A stretch of 64,000 nucleotides of DNA, taken from the NCBI GenBank assembly GCA_963825525.1, contig CAWGTN010000004.1, positions 1-64,000 on the forward strand. Direction: 5' to 3'. Shown here one piece after another: positions 1 to 12,028 of this stretch; the stretch's first letter is position 1; each line of letters opens with the position of its first letter. Position numbers and translations under genes: made by a program. This DNA is from an uncultured Chloroflexia bacterium (lineage in GTDB: Bacteria; Chloroflexota; Limnocylindria; QHBO01). The notes below the pieces were generated by a model, which searched no databases, was not told the origin of the DNA, and worked only from the letters and a program-made list of their open reading frames with translations.

Positions 1-58
1 GCCGATCCGGATGGCAATTCTGGTCGACCTGTTCGCTGCCCTCGGCGACGCCTCGTAA
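1..58 (+). CDS. 3' end of a probable VOC/glyoxalase family protein (partial, 1-nt indel)
   Basis: Reads DPDGN-(frameshift)-LVDLFAALGDAS* ending at TAA 56-58; DPDGNxV[DE]L is the typical VOC C-terminal motif. Confidence 0.5.
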   Translation, partial: PIRMAILVDLFAALGDAS

Positions 59-71
59 GCGAACTGCCGGA

Positions 72-971
72 TCAGCCCCCGGACGGCACCTCGGGCCGAG
101 GACGGGCGCTCGGACCGCCCGTCGAGCCACCAGCCGAATCCGACACCGGCGACGATCGTCACCCATCCCGCCGCGTGCACCGCCGCCGGCAGCGGCAGCA
201 ATCCGACCAGTGACGTGTCGAGATCCTGCATGGGCACCATCGCCGTGACCCAGCTTCCAACGGCGGCGGCCATCAGGGCCAGCAGCGCGCCCGCGGCGAT
301 GACGACCTCCGCCAGGTGCTCGCGGAAGGGCCGATGGCGCAACGCCGCGAACGCCACGAAGGCCATCGCCAGTCTCGCCAACCCCGTGACGAAGGACCAC
401 GCCACAGCAGCAACGAGGGCGTATCCATTGTCGAGCGACAGCGCACTGGCGACGGCGTAGGCGACCGCACCGCCCGCGGCCACCAGCCCGAGTCCCCCGA
501 TCGTGGCGACCTCCCAGCCTCTGACGTCAGCCCCTCCAGCAGGCCGTGCGACCCACAGGCCGATCCCGACCATGGCCAGCCCGGCGGCCGTTGCCGCCGC
601 GGCGCTGATGGCGCGCACGCCAAGGATGACATTGATCCAGTCACGAGATCGGGAGACGCGTTGGCGAAGAACCACGCGAAGTAGACCTCAAAGGCGACCT
701 CCAGGACGCCTGCCACGACGAATGCCAGCGCGGCGCGCAGCAGCCAAGAGCGGCCCGCGTGCCAACGGTCGGATGCAATCACCAGCGCGGCGGCAAGCCC
801 GAACAGCGCAGCGGTATCGAGGATCTGCGAGATGGGCGGAACATACCCGTTCGATGCCAAGGGTTCTCGCGCCACCAAGGAACCGATCACGTACGCGACG
901 GTGAGACCGACGAGGGCCCACCCGATCGGTGGGATCGTGGCCGGCTCATGAGCCCGCTGATGGGTTGTCAT
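72..971 (-). CDS. Multi-pass integral membrane protein, hypothetical (frameshift near 625; 3' end uncertain)
   Basis: ATG at 971 (MTTHQRAHEP) preceded by GGAGGGAG SD; hydrophobic helices continue in a shifted frame (VRAISAAAATAAGLAMVGIGLWV...GVGFGWW). Confidence 0.55.
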
Positions 972-1110
972 GACTCCCTCCATTGAGCGCGGATTGCGCA
1001 GGGGATCATCGTCATCCGCGCGGATCGGGACGTCAATGAAAATCGGAGGGTGGCACGCCGCGCGAGAGAACCGCACGCGTCCGGCCCGGCTCGTGCACAG
1101 TGAGGTGGCC

Positions 1111-2784
1111 GTGGAGCACGAACAGACGCCCGAGCCCGAGGCGACCCCGCTTGACCGACTGGCCACCGCCCTGCGCCAGCGGGTTGCCACCGCGCCCGGC
1201 GAGGACCGCGAGCAGCGCGCCGACGCACTGCGCCGCCACGTGGAGCTTTATCTGCTGCCGCGTGCCGCGAACCTCGATGCGCCACTGCTCGTCGTCATCA
1301 TGGGATCCACCGGCAGCGGCAAGTCGAGCCTCCTGAACGCCCTGGCCGGGGCGGCGCTCAGCCCGGCAGGGGTGCTGCGGCCGACGACCCGGCAGCCGAT
1401 CGCGATCGCGCATCCCCGTGAGCTGGACGGCGTCCTCGGCGTCATTGCGCGCAAGTCCGGCTGGGCCGTGCGGATCCACGAGCAGGCTAGGCGTGGCATG
1501 GTCATCGTCGACGCCCCGGACTTCGACAGCGTGGAAACCGAGAACCGGGAGCGGGCGCTCGGGCTGCTCGAGATCGCCGATCTCGTCATCTTCCTCACCA
1601 CCGCCACGCGCTATGCCGACCAGGTGCCGTGGGAGGTCCTGGGTCGTGCGCGAGCCCGCGGTGTCCCGATGATGGCGGTGCTCAACCGCATGCCGCCCGA
1701 GCCCGAGGACGCCGATGCCGTCCTTCGCAACTACCTCGAGCTCCTGGAGCGTGGCCGCACCGGCAACGAGAGCCTCGAGATCGTCGCCATTCCCGAAGGG
1801 GCCCTGGATCCGGAACGCGACGCGCTCGATCCGCAGGCTGTCGCCCCGGTACGCAATGCCCTCGATCGGCTGGTGGCCTCGCAGGAGGAGCGACGAGCGC
1901 TGGCGCGGCGCGGGCTGGCCGCCGCGCTCAACGGCATGCCGGCCGCCGTGGAGGCCATTGCCGGCCAGATCGACGAGGAGCAGCAGGCCGTCGCCGATCT
2001 GCGCGGCACGGCGGAGCGCGCCTACGCACTGGCTCGCGGCACGCTGACCGACGAGCTGCGCGGTGGAACGTTCCTGCGCGCGGAGGTCCTGCGCCAGTGG
2101 CAGGGCTTCATCGGCGCCGGTCGCGTGGCTCGATTCCTGACCGAGGGCCTCGGCAAGGCAGCCGCCACCGTTCGGAGCCTGGTCCAGCCCGGGCCACCGG
2201 CGCCCGCGGCCGAGGTGCGCGACGCCGCCTTCGCGGACCTCACGGCACTGGCGGTCCAGCACGCGGACTCCGCCGCCCATCGCACGGCGGCCGCCTGGTC
2301 CGCGACCCGCTACGGGGCGCTGGCCCTCGCCGGTGACGAGGCGCTGTGGCGGTCCTCGCCCGGCTTTGCCGTCGGGCTCACCCACGATCTGGACGTGTGG
2401 GCGCGGGGCATCGGTCACCGCATTCGCAAGCTCGGCGCGCGCCGCAAGGGCTGGGCGCTGGTCGCGTCCATCGGCGTCAACGCGGTGGGCACCAGCGCCG
2501 TGCTCGCCGTCTTCGTGCATACCGGTGGGCTGACCGGGACCGAGGTCGGCATCACGGCGGCGACCGCGGTCGTGAACCAGAAGCTGCTGGAGGCCATCTT
2601 CGGCGAGGCGAACGTGGCCGCCTTCGTGAGCCGCGCGCGGGGCGACCTTGGACTCCTGCTCGACGAGGCGTTCACCGCCGAGCTCGCCCGCTACGCCACG
2701 GCGCTCGGGACGACCGGCAACCCGGCGCTGGCCAGTGAGCTGCGCGAGGCGGCCCGCCAGGTCGCGGAGATGGTGGCGGAATGA
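1111..2784 (+). CDS. Dynamin-like P-loop GTPase (first of tandem pair)
   Basis: G1 GSTGSGKS, G2 RPTT, G3 DAPD, G4-like NRM; helical stalk and hydrophobic paddle near C-terminus; GTG 1111 with GAGGT SD. Confidence 0.8.
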   Translation: MEHEQTPEPEATPLDRLATALRQRVATAPGEDREQRADALRRHVELYLLPRAANLDAPLLVVIMGSTGSGKSSLLNALAGAALSPAGVLRPTTRQPIAIAHPRELDGVLGVIARKSGWAVRIHEQARRGMVIVDAPDFDSVETENRERALGLLEIADLVIFLTTATRYADQVPWEVLGRARARGVPMMAVLNRMPPEPEDADAVLRNYLELLERGRTGNESLEIVAIPEGALDPERDALDPQAVAPVRNALDRLVASQEERRALARRGLAAALNGMPAAVEAIAGQIDEEQQAVADLRGTAERAYALARGTLTDELRGGTFLRAEVLRQWQGFIGAGRVARFLTEGLGKAAATVRSLVQPGPPAPAAEVRDAAFADLTALAVQHADSAAHRTAAAWSATRYGALALAGDEALWRSSPGFAVGLTHDLDVWARGIGHRIRKLGARRKGWALVASIGVNAVGTSAVLAVFVHTGGLTGTEVGITAATAVVNQKLLEAIFGEANVAAFVSRARGDLGLLLDEAFTAELARYATALGTTGNPALASELREAARQVAEMVAE

Positions 2785-4377
2785 CCGAGGGCGGGCCGCT
2801 CGACGACCGATTGGCGAGGCTGCGCGACGCCGCCGATGCGGGCCGATCGCTGGGCCTCGAGGAAGAGGCGGCCGCAGCCCGGCACGTGGCTCGACGCGTC
2901 GGCCGGCGGGCGGGGTTCGGCGGCGAGGTCTACGTCATGGCGCTGGCCGGCGGCACCGGGGTCGGGAAGTCTTCGATCCTCAATGCCCTGGCCTCCGAGG
3001 CGGTGAGCGAGGTGCGTGCCATCCGTCCGACCACCGACCGTCCGCTCGCCTGGGTCGCGGAGGATCGGCGGTCAGAGATCTCGGGACTGCTGGAGTGGCT
3101 GAAGGTCGACCAGGTGGTGACCCACGCCAGTCCGGCCCTCTCCGACATCGCGATCCTGGATCTGCCGGACGTCGACTCCGTGCGTCCGGAACATCGGGCC
3201 CTGGTGGACACCCTCCTGCCGCGGATCGATGCCGTCACCTGGATCGTGGATCCGGAGAAGTACGACGACGAGCGGGTTCACGCCTACTGGCGCTCGCTGG
3301 TGCTGCATGCCGATCGGCTGCGCTTCGTCCTCAACAAGTCCGATCGCCTGACCGATGACGAGGCCCGGGCCGTCGCCGATGACCTCCGCGGACGCCTCGT
3401 GGCCGACGGCATCCCGCGCCCGGTGCTCCACGTCGTGTCGGCGAAGAGCGGTGACGGCATCGAGCGCCTGCGGGAGGAGCTGGCGGAGGCGGCGCATGCC
3501 AAGGTCATCGTCGCCGCCAAGCTCGAGGCGGATCGCGCCGAGGCTGCCGAGAAGCTGGCGCGCACGGTCGGCATCGACCCCGAAGTCGGCTATCGCCCGC
3601 TCCTGGCGCCGGCTCGACGCGAGCTGCTCGTCGGCCAGGCCGTCGATGGCGCACTGTCGCTGGTGGATCCCACCGGCGTCGGTCGCGAGGTGCGTGACGC
3701 CGTGCTGCACCGCGCTCAGCTGGGCGGGGGATCGGTCCTGCGCCGCGCCATCGCGCTGGCCGGCTCGTGGAGCGGTGGCCGCCGCGCGCGTGGGGGCGAC
3801 CCGGCTGCGTACCTTGCCGCATGGCGGACGCGTGGCGCGCTCGGGCGGGTGCTCAACCCGGTGCGCGCCGCGCTGGTCGAGGCGGTGGGATCGGTGCCGG
3901 CCGAGAGCCGCGGACGGCTCCTCGAGGTCATGGGATCGCCATCGGCCGACGCCGATCTCGACGAGGTCCTCGAACGCGTCACACGGGCCGAGGCAGCATC
4001 GGTCGAAACCCCGCGCTCCGCCCTGTGGCCGGTCATCGGCGGCGCGCAGATGGTGGTCGGCGCGGTCATCGTGTTTGCGGTCGCATGGCTGGTGACGCTG
4101 TTCGTCACCGCCGGTGCGGTCCCGGTTGGCAGCGTGGACATCCCGATCCTGGGTCCCATCCCGATGCCGCTCGCGCTGCTCGTCGCCGCCGTCCTCGTCG
4201 GGGCGCTGCTGGGTTGGTTGCTCTCGCTCCATGCGTCGTACGTCGGGCGGAGAGTCAGGGGCGGCGGTGCGCGCGGAGACTGAGTCGGCCGTCCGGGCCG
4301 CGATCAACGGCACGGCGGTTGCGGGCCTGGATCGGGTCGAGGAAGCCAGGCGGGTCATCGCGGCCGCCGCCGAGTGA
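2781..4377 (+). CDS. Dynamin-like/YfjP-type GTPase with two C-terminal TM helices (frameshift near 4255)
   Basis: GGTGVGKS, RPTT, DLPD, NKSD motifs; ATGA overlap with upstream GTPase; C-terminus continues in shifted frame AAVRAETESAVRAA...AAAE*. Confidence 0.8.
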
Positions 4378-4399
4378 GGCCGCAGGCGCGCGGGGGTCG

Positions 4400-4454
4400 C
4401 TGACCGGACCGGTCAGGAATCGAGAAGCGACCGTCGGTGGACCGCGGCTACAGT
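4400..4454 (+). promoter_or_regulatory. Candidate operator and promoter of the DUF1801-uvrA unit
   Basis: Perfect inverted repeat CTGACCGG-A-CCGGTCAG (4400-4416), then GAATCGAGAAGC and -10-like TACAGT (4449-4454). Confidence 0.45.
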
Positions 4455-4494
4455 GACCCCACGACATACGCGCCGCCCCCAGGAGGACCCTGAA

Positions 4495-4956
4495 ATGACA
4501 GCCACCAAGAAGCCCGCCAAGAGCTCCGCCGGGCGGGATACGCCGGCCAAGGGATGGACGGACGAGGAACGATCCGCCATGAAGGAGCACGCCGCTGAGC
4601 TCAAGAAGGCGAGCGGTGGAAAGGCCGATGGCGAGGCCGATATCCTCGCCAAGATCGCCGAGATGCCCGAGCCCGACCGGTCCATGGCCGAACGGATCCA
4701 CGCCATCGTCAAGAAGAGCGCGCCGGACCTGACGTCGCGAACCTGGTACGGCATGCCCGCCTATGCCAGGGACGGCAAGGTCGTGTGCTTCTTCCAGGCC
4801 GCGGCCAAGTTCAAGGCGCGCTACGCCACGCTCGGCTTCAACGACGCGGCGACGCTCGACGACGGCGCCATGTGGCCGACCAGCTTTGCGCTGACGAAGC
4901 TGACCGCTGCCGACGAGAAGCGGATCGGCGAGCTGGTCAAGAAGGCCGTGAGCTGA
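4495..4956 (+). CDS. DUF1801 (YdhG-like) domain protein
   Basis: WYGMPAYARDGKVVCFFQ...RYATLGF...MWPTSFAL signature; AGGAGG SD before ATG 4495. Confidence 0.85.
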   Translation: MTATKKPAKSSAGRDTPAKGWTDEERSAMKEHAAELKKASGGKADGEADILAKIAEMPEPDRSMAERIHAIVKKSAPDLTSRTWYGMPAYARDGKVVCFFQAAAKFKARYATLGFNDAATLDDGAMWPTSFALTKLTAADEKRIGELVKKAVS

Positions 4957-4963
4957 GAGGCAT

Positions 4964-7309
<2,346 letters not shown>

Positions 7310-7339
7310 GATGCGGCCCGGGGCGCTCCGGGGTTGCGA

Positions 7340-8467
7340 TCAGACGGTGACGCGCGGTGCCTGGCGGCGCGCCCGCCACGTCCCGTACACGCCGAGGGCC
7401 AGCGCACCCAGTCCGAAGAGCACGACCAGGAGCTTGGCGACGCCACCGACCACCGGCAGCGACGTGACGATCACGACGACCGCCGCGCCGATGGCGAACA
7501 GTGTCAGCTCGCGCCAGCGGTTGCCCATCCCGCCACGACCGGTGAGTCGTGCGACTGCCAGCGCGACGACGATATCGGCGCCGAATCCGACGGCCACGGC
7601 CAGCAGGAACGAGACGACGAGGATGCCGAGTACGCCGCTGGTCACCGCGAGCCCCACCAGGGATTCGAGGCTGAGCACTCCGAAGACGATCGAGGTCAGG
7701 ACGATCAGCAGGATGGCCACGATAATGAACACGAAGTAGCCGACGAGGGCCGCCACCCCGCCGCCCAGTGACAGGAGCGGCCGCTCACGCAGCTTCGCCT
7801 CGGCGCCGTTGACCGTCCTCGGGACCAGCCAGATGGCGAGGGCGCCCAGGACGAGGAGCGCCACGAAGTGCGAGATGGCGTCGCCGATCGGCTCGACCGC
7901 GGTTTCGGTCTCGTCATCCGGATCGCCAACCAAGACCCGCTCCGTGCCGCCGACGCTTCCGGTGCGGTCATAGGCACCGGCGCTGGCTTCAATGCTGCCG
8001 TCCACTGCGCCGTCGACGCTGATGTCGCCCCCGGCCACGATGAGATCGCCGCCGATCTGGCCGGTGCTGGCAACGGTCACCTGACCGCCGGCCGCGAGCA
8101 CGTCCTCGCCCACGTCGCCGCCGAGCGTGGTCTGGCCACCGGCCTGGCGCAGGTCGCCCTCGATCGTGCCGCCGATCGAGATCATGCCTCCGGCGGCGAG
8201 TACGTCACCGGTGACCGTCCCGTTCACCGTGACCTGGCCGCCGACGACGGTCAGGTCACCATCAACGTTGCCGTCCATCGTCACCGTCCCGCCGACCAGG
8301 TACAGGTCGCCGTCGACGCTCTCGTTGGCCGGCACCACGACGGTATCGCCCGTGCGCAGCTTTCCGTCGAGGACGCTCTCCTGCGCGAGCACGATCGAGG
8401 TGGCCGATACCAGGAGGAGCAGGACGATGGCGGCGGCGCCAAGGCGCGCGCGACGGTTGGTATGCAT
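7340..8467 (-). CDS. Exported bactofilin-like (polymer-forming) beta-helix protein with C-terminal multi-TM domain
   Basis: Signal peptide, repeated G-x-V-x-GD-x3-GG units, about 5 TM helices; TAGGCT 6 nt before ATG. Confidence 0.8.
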   Translation of the reverse strand: MHTNRRARLGAAAIVLLLLVSATSIVLAQESVLDGKLRTGDTVVVPANESVDGDLYLVGGTVTMDGNVDGDLTVVGGQVTVNGTVTGDVLAAGGMISIGGTIEGDLRQAGGQTTLGGDVGEDVLAAGGQVTVASTGQIGGDLIVAGGDISVDGAVDGSIEASAGAYDRTGSVGGTERVLVGDPDDETETAVEPIGDAISHFVALLVLGALAIWLVPRTVNGAEAKLRERPLLSLGGGVAALVGYFVFIIVAILLIVLTSIVFGVLSLESLVGLAVTSGVLGILVVSFLLAVAVGFGADIVVALAVARLTGRGGMGNRWRELTLFAIGAAVVVIVTSLPVVGGVAKLLVVLFGLGALALGVYGTWRARRQAPRVTV

Positions 8468-8476
8468 ACGCCAAGC

Positions 8477-8764
8477 CTAGCGCACGGTTTCAGCCCCCTC
8501 GCTGTGCCCGTCGTCAGGCATCACGTTGGAGTCATGGGACGCGGTGTCGCCGTGCGGCAGCGGAGCCGTGCTGGTTCGCTCGCCGGCGCCGTAATCGGGA
8601 CCGGCGGGGCGGTTCTCGACGTCGGTGGTCGCATCGGTTGATCCGAGGTCGATCGGCGTCTCGGAATCGTGCTGGTGATGGTCGTCGCCGTCATGGTCGT
8701 CCGAGCCCATTCCCAGGGCATTCTTGACCTTGTCGATGATGCCTTCGTTCTCGTGGTGCGTCAT
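8477..8764 (-). CDS. Small acidic, His/Asp-rich hypothetical protein
   Basis: GGAG SD; N-terminal GIIDKVKNALG helix followed by a disordered tail; fills the gap between co-oriented genes. Confidence 0.6.
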   Translation of the reverse strand: MTHHENEGIIDKVKNALGMGSDDHDGDDHHQHDSETPIDLGSTDATTDVENRPAGPDYGAGERTSTAPLPHGDTASHDSNVMPDDGHSEGAETVR

Positions 8765-8852
8765 GTGTTCAGGCTCCCGTGCGGATGTCGTTTCGCAGCG
8801 GTGTAATGCATTTCATGGGCCGCGCCACCGCCGAGTGGCGATACGGGCGGGT

Positions 8853-10799
8853 CTAGCCGTCGGCCGCCTGCACCACCCGGAGGATGTCGTCGCCGTACAC
8901 GTCAACCTTGCGTGGCCCGATTCCGGGCACGCCCAGGAGTCCCGCTCCGCTGGTTGGCCGCTGGGCCGCGATCCCGGCCAGCGTCTTGTTGTCGGCGACG
9001 ATGTAGGCGGGCACGCCGTCGGCGCGCGCCCGCTCACGGCGCCACTCGATGAGCCGCTCGAGCAGCGGCTCATCGGCCGCACTCAGCGCGTGGGTCGGGA
9101 CCGGCGCGTCGCGCGCCGCACGAGGCCGCGCCACCGCGCCGGGCCGGAGCTCCGCCACGAACCGCGAGGCGCGTGCGCGAACCGCTGTGCCTCGTGATCC
9201 GATTCGCGTCGCGGCCCACGACAGCATGAGGTGGCGACGGGCGCGGGTGATGCCGACGTAGAGCAGCCGCCGCTCTTCAGCCAGGCCACCGGCATCGGAT
9301 GCTGCCTGCCGAATCGGCAACGAGCCCTCCTCGAGCATCGGCAGGAAGACGGCTTCCCACTCCAGGCCCTTGGCGCGGTGGAGTGTCGACAGCGTGACTC
9401 CCGATCCGCCGGTGGCGGCCTCCGCGGCATCGCGCCGATCGAGATCGGCGAGGAAGTCGGACACACTGGCCTCCGGCTGTTCCCGCTCCAGTTCGCGGGC
9501 CATGCTCAGCAACGTGCTGAGTGCCGCGTGCCGGTCGCGCGCCTCGGCCCCCGGACCGGCGGGCTCGCGCTCGTCGAACCCCAGCTCGGTGCGCCATGCG
9601 GTGCTGACGATCCGGCCGAGGCGGCCGGTTGCCGACCCCCGAAGCGCCGATCGCGCGGCGCGGACGTCGGGTCGCGCGAAGAACCTGAGGCCGCGCACCG
9701 TGAACGGGATGGCTGCCGCGGTCAGCGCCGACTCCCAGGTCACGAGCTGCGCGTTCGTCCGCACCAGGATGGCGACCTCCGACTCGGGAAGCCCGCCGGC
9801 CACGACGGCGCGAATGCGTTGCACCACGGCGTTCTCTTCCGCGGTCGCATCGGCATGGGGGACGAGCTCCGGCCGCGGCCCTTCATCCGCACCGTCCGCC
9901 GACAGCTCGCGCCCTGGAATCAGGCGATTGGCAAGCTCGATGACCTGCGGCGTGCTGCGATAGTTGCGCTTCAGGCGCACGACGCGCGCATCGGCATGGC
10001 GGTCGGCGAAGGTCGTCAGGTACTCGCTGCTGGCACCGGTGAAGCTGTAGATCGTCTGGTCGGGGTCGCCAACCACGCACAGGTCGCGCCGATCGCCGAG
10101 CCAGAGGTGCAGCAGGTCCTCCTGCAGCCGATTGGTGTCCTGGTACTCGTCCACGCTGAACCACGCGTAGCGGCGGTGGACCAGGGCCAGGGCATCGGCG
10201 TCCGATTCGTAGAGTTCCACGGCCAGGGTCAGCATGTCTTCGAAGTCGATCCGGTTCCGTCGCTCCTTGGTGTGCTCGTAGCGACGCCACAGCTCGGTGA
10301 AGACATCCGGCGGAACGGGCGGCTCGCGCTCGGGCGCGTACGTGTCCGGGCGCATGCGGCGGACCTTGGCCCACTCGATCTCGTCTGCCAGGTCCCGCGC
10401 CGGGGTGAAGCGATAGCCGCCCGGAAGCTGGCGCGCCAGCGGACCGACAATGCTCAGCTTCGACTCGAGAACATCGGGCAGCTCGCGGCCGTGCACGATC
10501 GGCCAGTGGTAGGCCAGCTGGCGCCGCGCCGCCGCGTGGAACGTCGACGCCTGGACCTGCGGCAGGCCCAGCGCGGCCAGCCGGCCACGCATCTCGGTGG
10601 CCGCCTTCTCGGTGAAGGTGACGACCAGGGCGCGTTTCGGATCGACCGCCCCGGTCGCCGCCGCATAGGCCGCGCGGTGGCTGATGACCCGCGTCTTGCC
10701 GGTTCCCGCCCCGGCCAGGATCACAAGAGGCCCGGCAGTTGCCTGGACGGCCGCCCGTTGCTCGTCATTGAGGGTGGCCAGGATGGCCTCGGGTTCCAC
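8853..10799 (-). CDS. uvrD2: ATP-dependent DNA helicase UvrD2-like with HRDC domain
   Basis: AGAGTGKT, VDEYQD, GDPDQTIY, NYRST, TLHRAKGLEW, EERRLLYVGITRA; C-terminal HRDC (WRRERA...VPAYIV). Confidence 0.92.
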   Translation of the reverse strand: MEPEAILATLNDEQRAAVQATAGPLVILAGAGTGKTRVISHRAAYAAATGAVDPKRALVVTFTEKAATEMRGRLAALGLPQVQASTFHAAARRQLAYHWPIVHGRELPDVLESKLSIVGPLARQLPGGYRFTPARDLADEIEWAKVRRMRPDTYAPEREPPVPPDVFTELWRRYEHTKERRNRIDFEDMLTLAVELYESDADALALVHRRYAWFSVDEYQDTNRLQEDLLHLWLGDRRDLCVVGDPDQTIYSFTGASSEYLTTFADRHADARVVRLKRNYRSTPQVIELANRLIPGRELSADGADEGPRPELVPHADATAEENAVVQRIRAVVAGGLPESEVAILVRTNAQLVTWESALTAAAIPFTVRGLRFFARPDVRAARSALRGSATGRLGRIVSTAWRTELGFDEREPAGPGAEARDRHAALSTLLSMARELEREQPEASVSDFLADLDRRDAAEAATGGSGVTLSTLHRAKGLEWEAVFLPMLEEGSLPIRQAASDAGGLAEERRLLYVGITRARRHLMLSWAATRIGSRGTAVRARASRFVAELRPGAVARPRAARDAPVPTHALSAADEPLLERLIEWRRERARADGVPAYIVADNKTLAGIAAQRPTSGAGLLGVPGIGPRKVDVYGDDILRVVQAADG

Positions 10800-10861
10800 G
10801 CCGCCGATGGTAGATGGTGTCCGGTTACCGAGCCATTCGCGTCACTTCGGCTTGACCGGGA

Positions 10862-11899
10862 TCAGCCGCCTTCGAGAACCTCGTAGTCGGTCCACACGAA
10901 CGTGGCACGGCAGTCGAGCACGACGCGCGCCGGCTGGGGAAGAATCACGTCGCCTTCCGCGTCGGGCGATGCCGAAGCCCGACAGGCGGTCGCCGCGGGG
11001 TCCTCGAAGTGGCCGCGAACCCGCAGCTGATCGCCCTCCTCGGGGCGTTCGAGTGATGCGTCGGGCAGGGGATGGAAGCCGATGCCACCCTCGAGCAACG
11101 TCGACGGTCGTGGATCCGCCAGCCAGGACGGGCTGAAGCTGATCGGCCCCTCATCGCCGCCCTCGCGGTAGGCGACGACCCCGGTGATCGCGAGCTCGCT
11201 GCGGCCGTAGCAGTGCAGAGCCTCGAGTGGAGGCACCGCGGCCAGCTCCTCGGCACTCAGGGGCGAGGGCCGGCACGCGACGTCGATCTCCTCGATGGCC
11301 GGATCATCCTCCGTCACCGGCGTGGATACCCAGCCGATCTGGCCGCACGATTCGTCGCAGCCGGTATCGTCGAGCGTCCCGACGCGGTACCAGCGCACGT
11401 CGTCCGCCTCCTCCGGCTCACCGATGATGAACAGGCGCTGTCCGGCCCGGAGCTCCGCCAGCACCGCCGCCGTTGCGTTGGGGTTTGCGCGCAGAACCGC
11501 CGTATCGGTCAGGATCTGAGCGATCGCCCGGTTGACGATGGGCGCCGCCGTTGGCGATGGGCTGGGCGTGGGTGATGCCGATGCGGACGGCTCCGAGGAC
11601 GCGCTCGGGAACGATGACGCCGATGCCGTCGAGCTCGGGCTGGGTTGGGTGGCCACCGGGTCGCCACTTCCGTTCAACGCCACGGCCAGCAGCGCTCCGC
11701 CGAGCATCGAGGCAATGCCGCCGCCGATGAGGGCCGGGATGAGCCAGGCTGGACGGGGTCGTCGACGGCGGGTTCGAACAGCAACTGCCGGATCCGTCTG
11801 CACAAGGCCGCATTCGGGGCAGTACGGAGACCCGTGCGAAACATCCGCACCGCATCGGCGGCAGGTGCGGAGTCGATCGGGCGGTGGCGACTGGGTCAT
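10862..11899 (-). CDS. Bitopic membrane protein: zinc ribbon, TM, S/P linker, SH3-like domain and Cys-containing C-terminal domain
   Basis: CRRC...CPEC, TM helix, SH3b-like LRxxP...WYRV...GWV, C-terminal GHFEDPAATAC...CRATFV. Confidence 0.7.
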   Translation of the reverse strand: MTQSPPPDRLRTCRRCGADVSHGSPYCPECGLVQTDPAVAVRTRRRRPRPAWLIPALIGGGIASMLGGALLAVALNGSGDPVATQPSPSSTASASSFPSASSEPSASASPTPSPSPTAAPIVNRAIAQILTDTAVLRANPNATAAVLAELRAGQRLFIIGEPEEADDVRWYRVGTLDDTGCDESCGQIGWVSTPVTEDDPAIEEIDVACRPSPLSAEELAAVPPLEALHCYGRSELAITGVVAYREGGDEGPISFSPSWLADPRPSTLLEGGIGFHPLPDASLERPEEGDQLRVRGHFEDPAATACRASASPDAEGDVILPQPARVVLDCRATFVWTDYEVLEGG

Positions 11900-12028
11900 C
11901 GGGTCCCCTCGGGCGTGGTCGGCTCGCCCCATCCTGCCGTGGTCGGCGCGCGCTGTCACCCCCGGAACGCACGCCGGGGCGTCGGTTGATCCGGCCGTCG
12001 GCGGTGCCGGTCGCTGTGTTGCGGCCGG

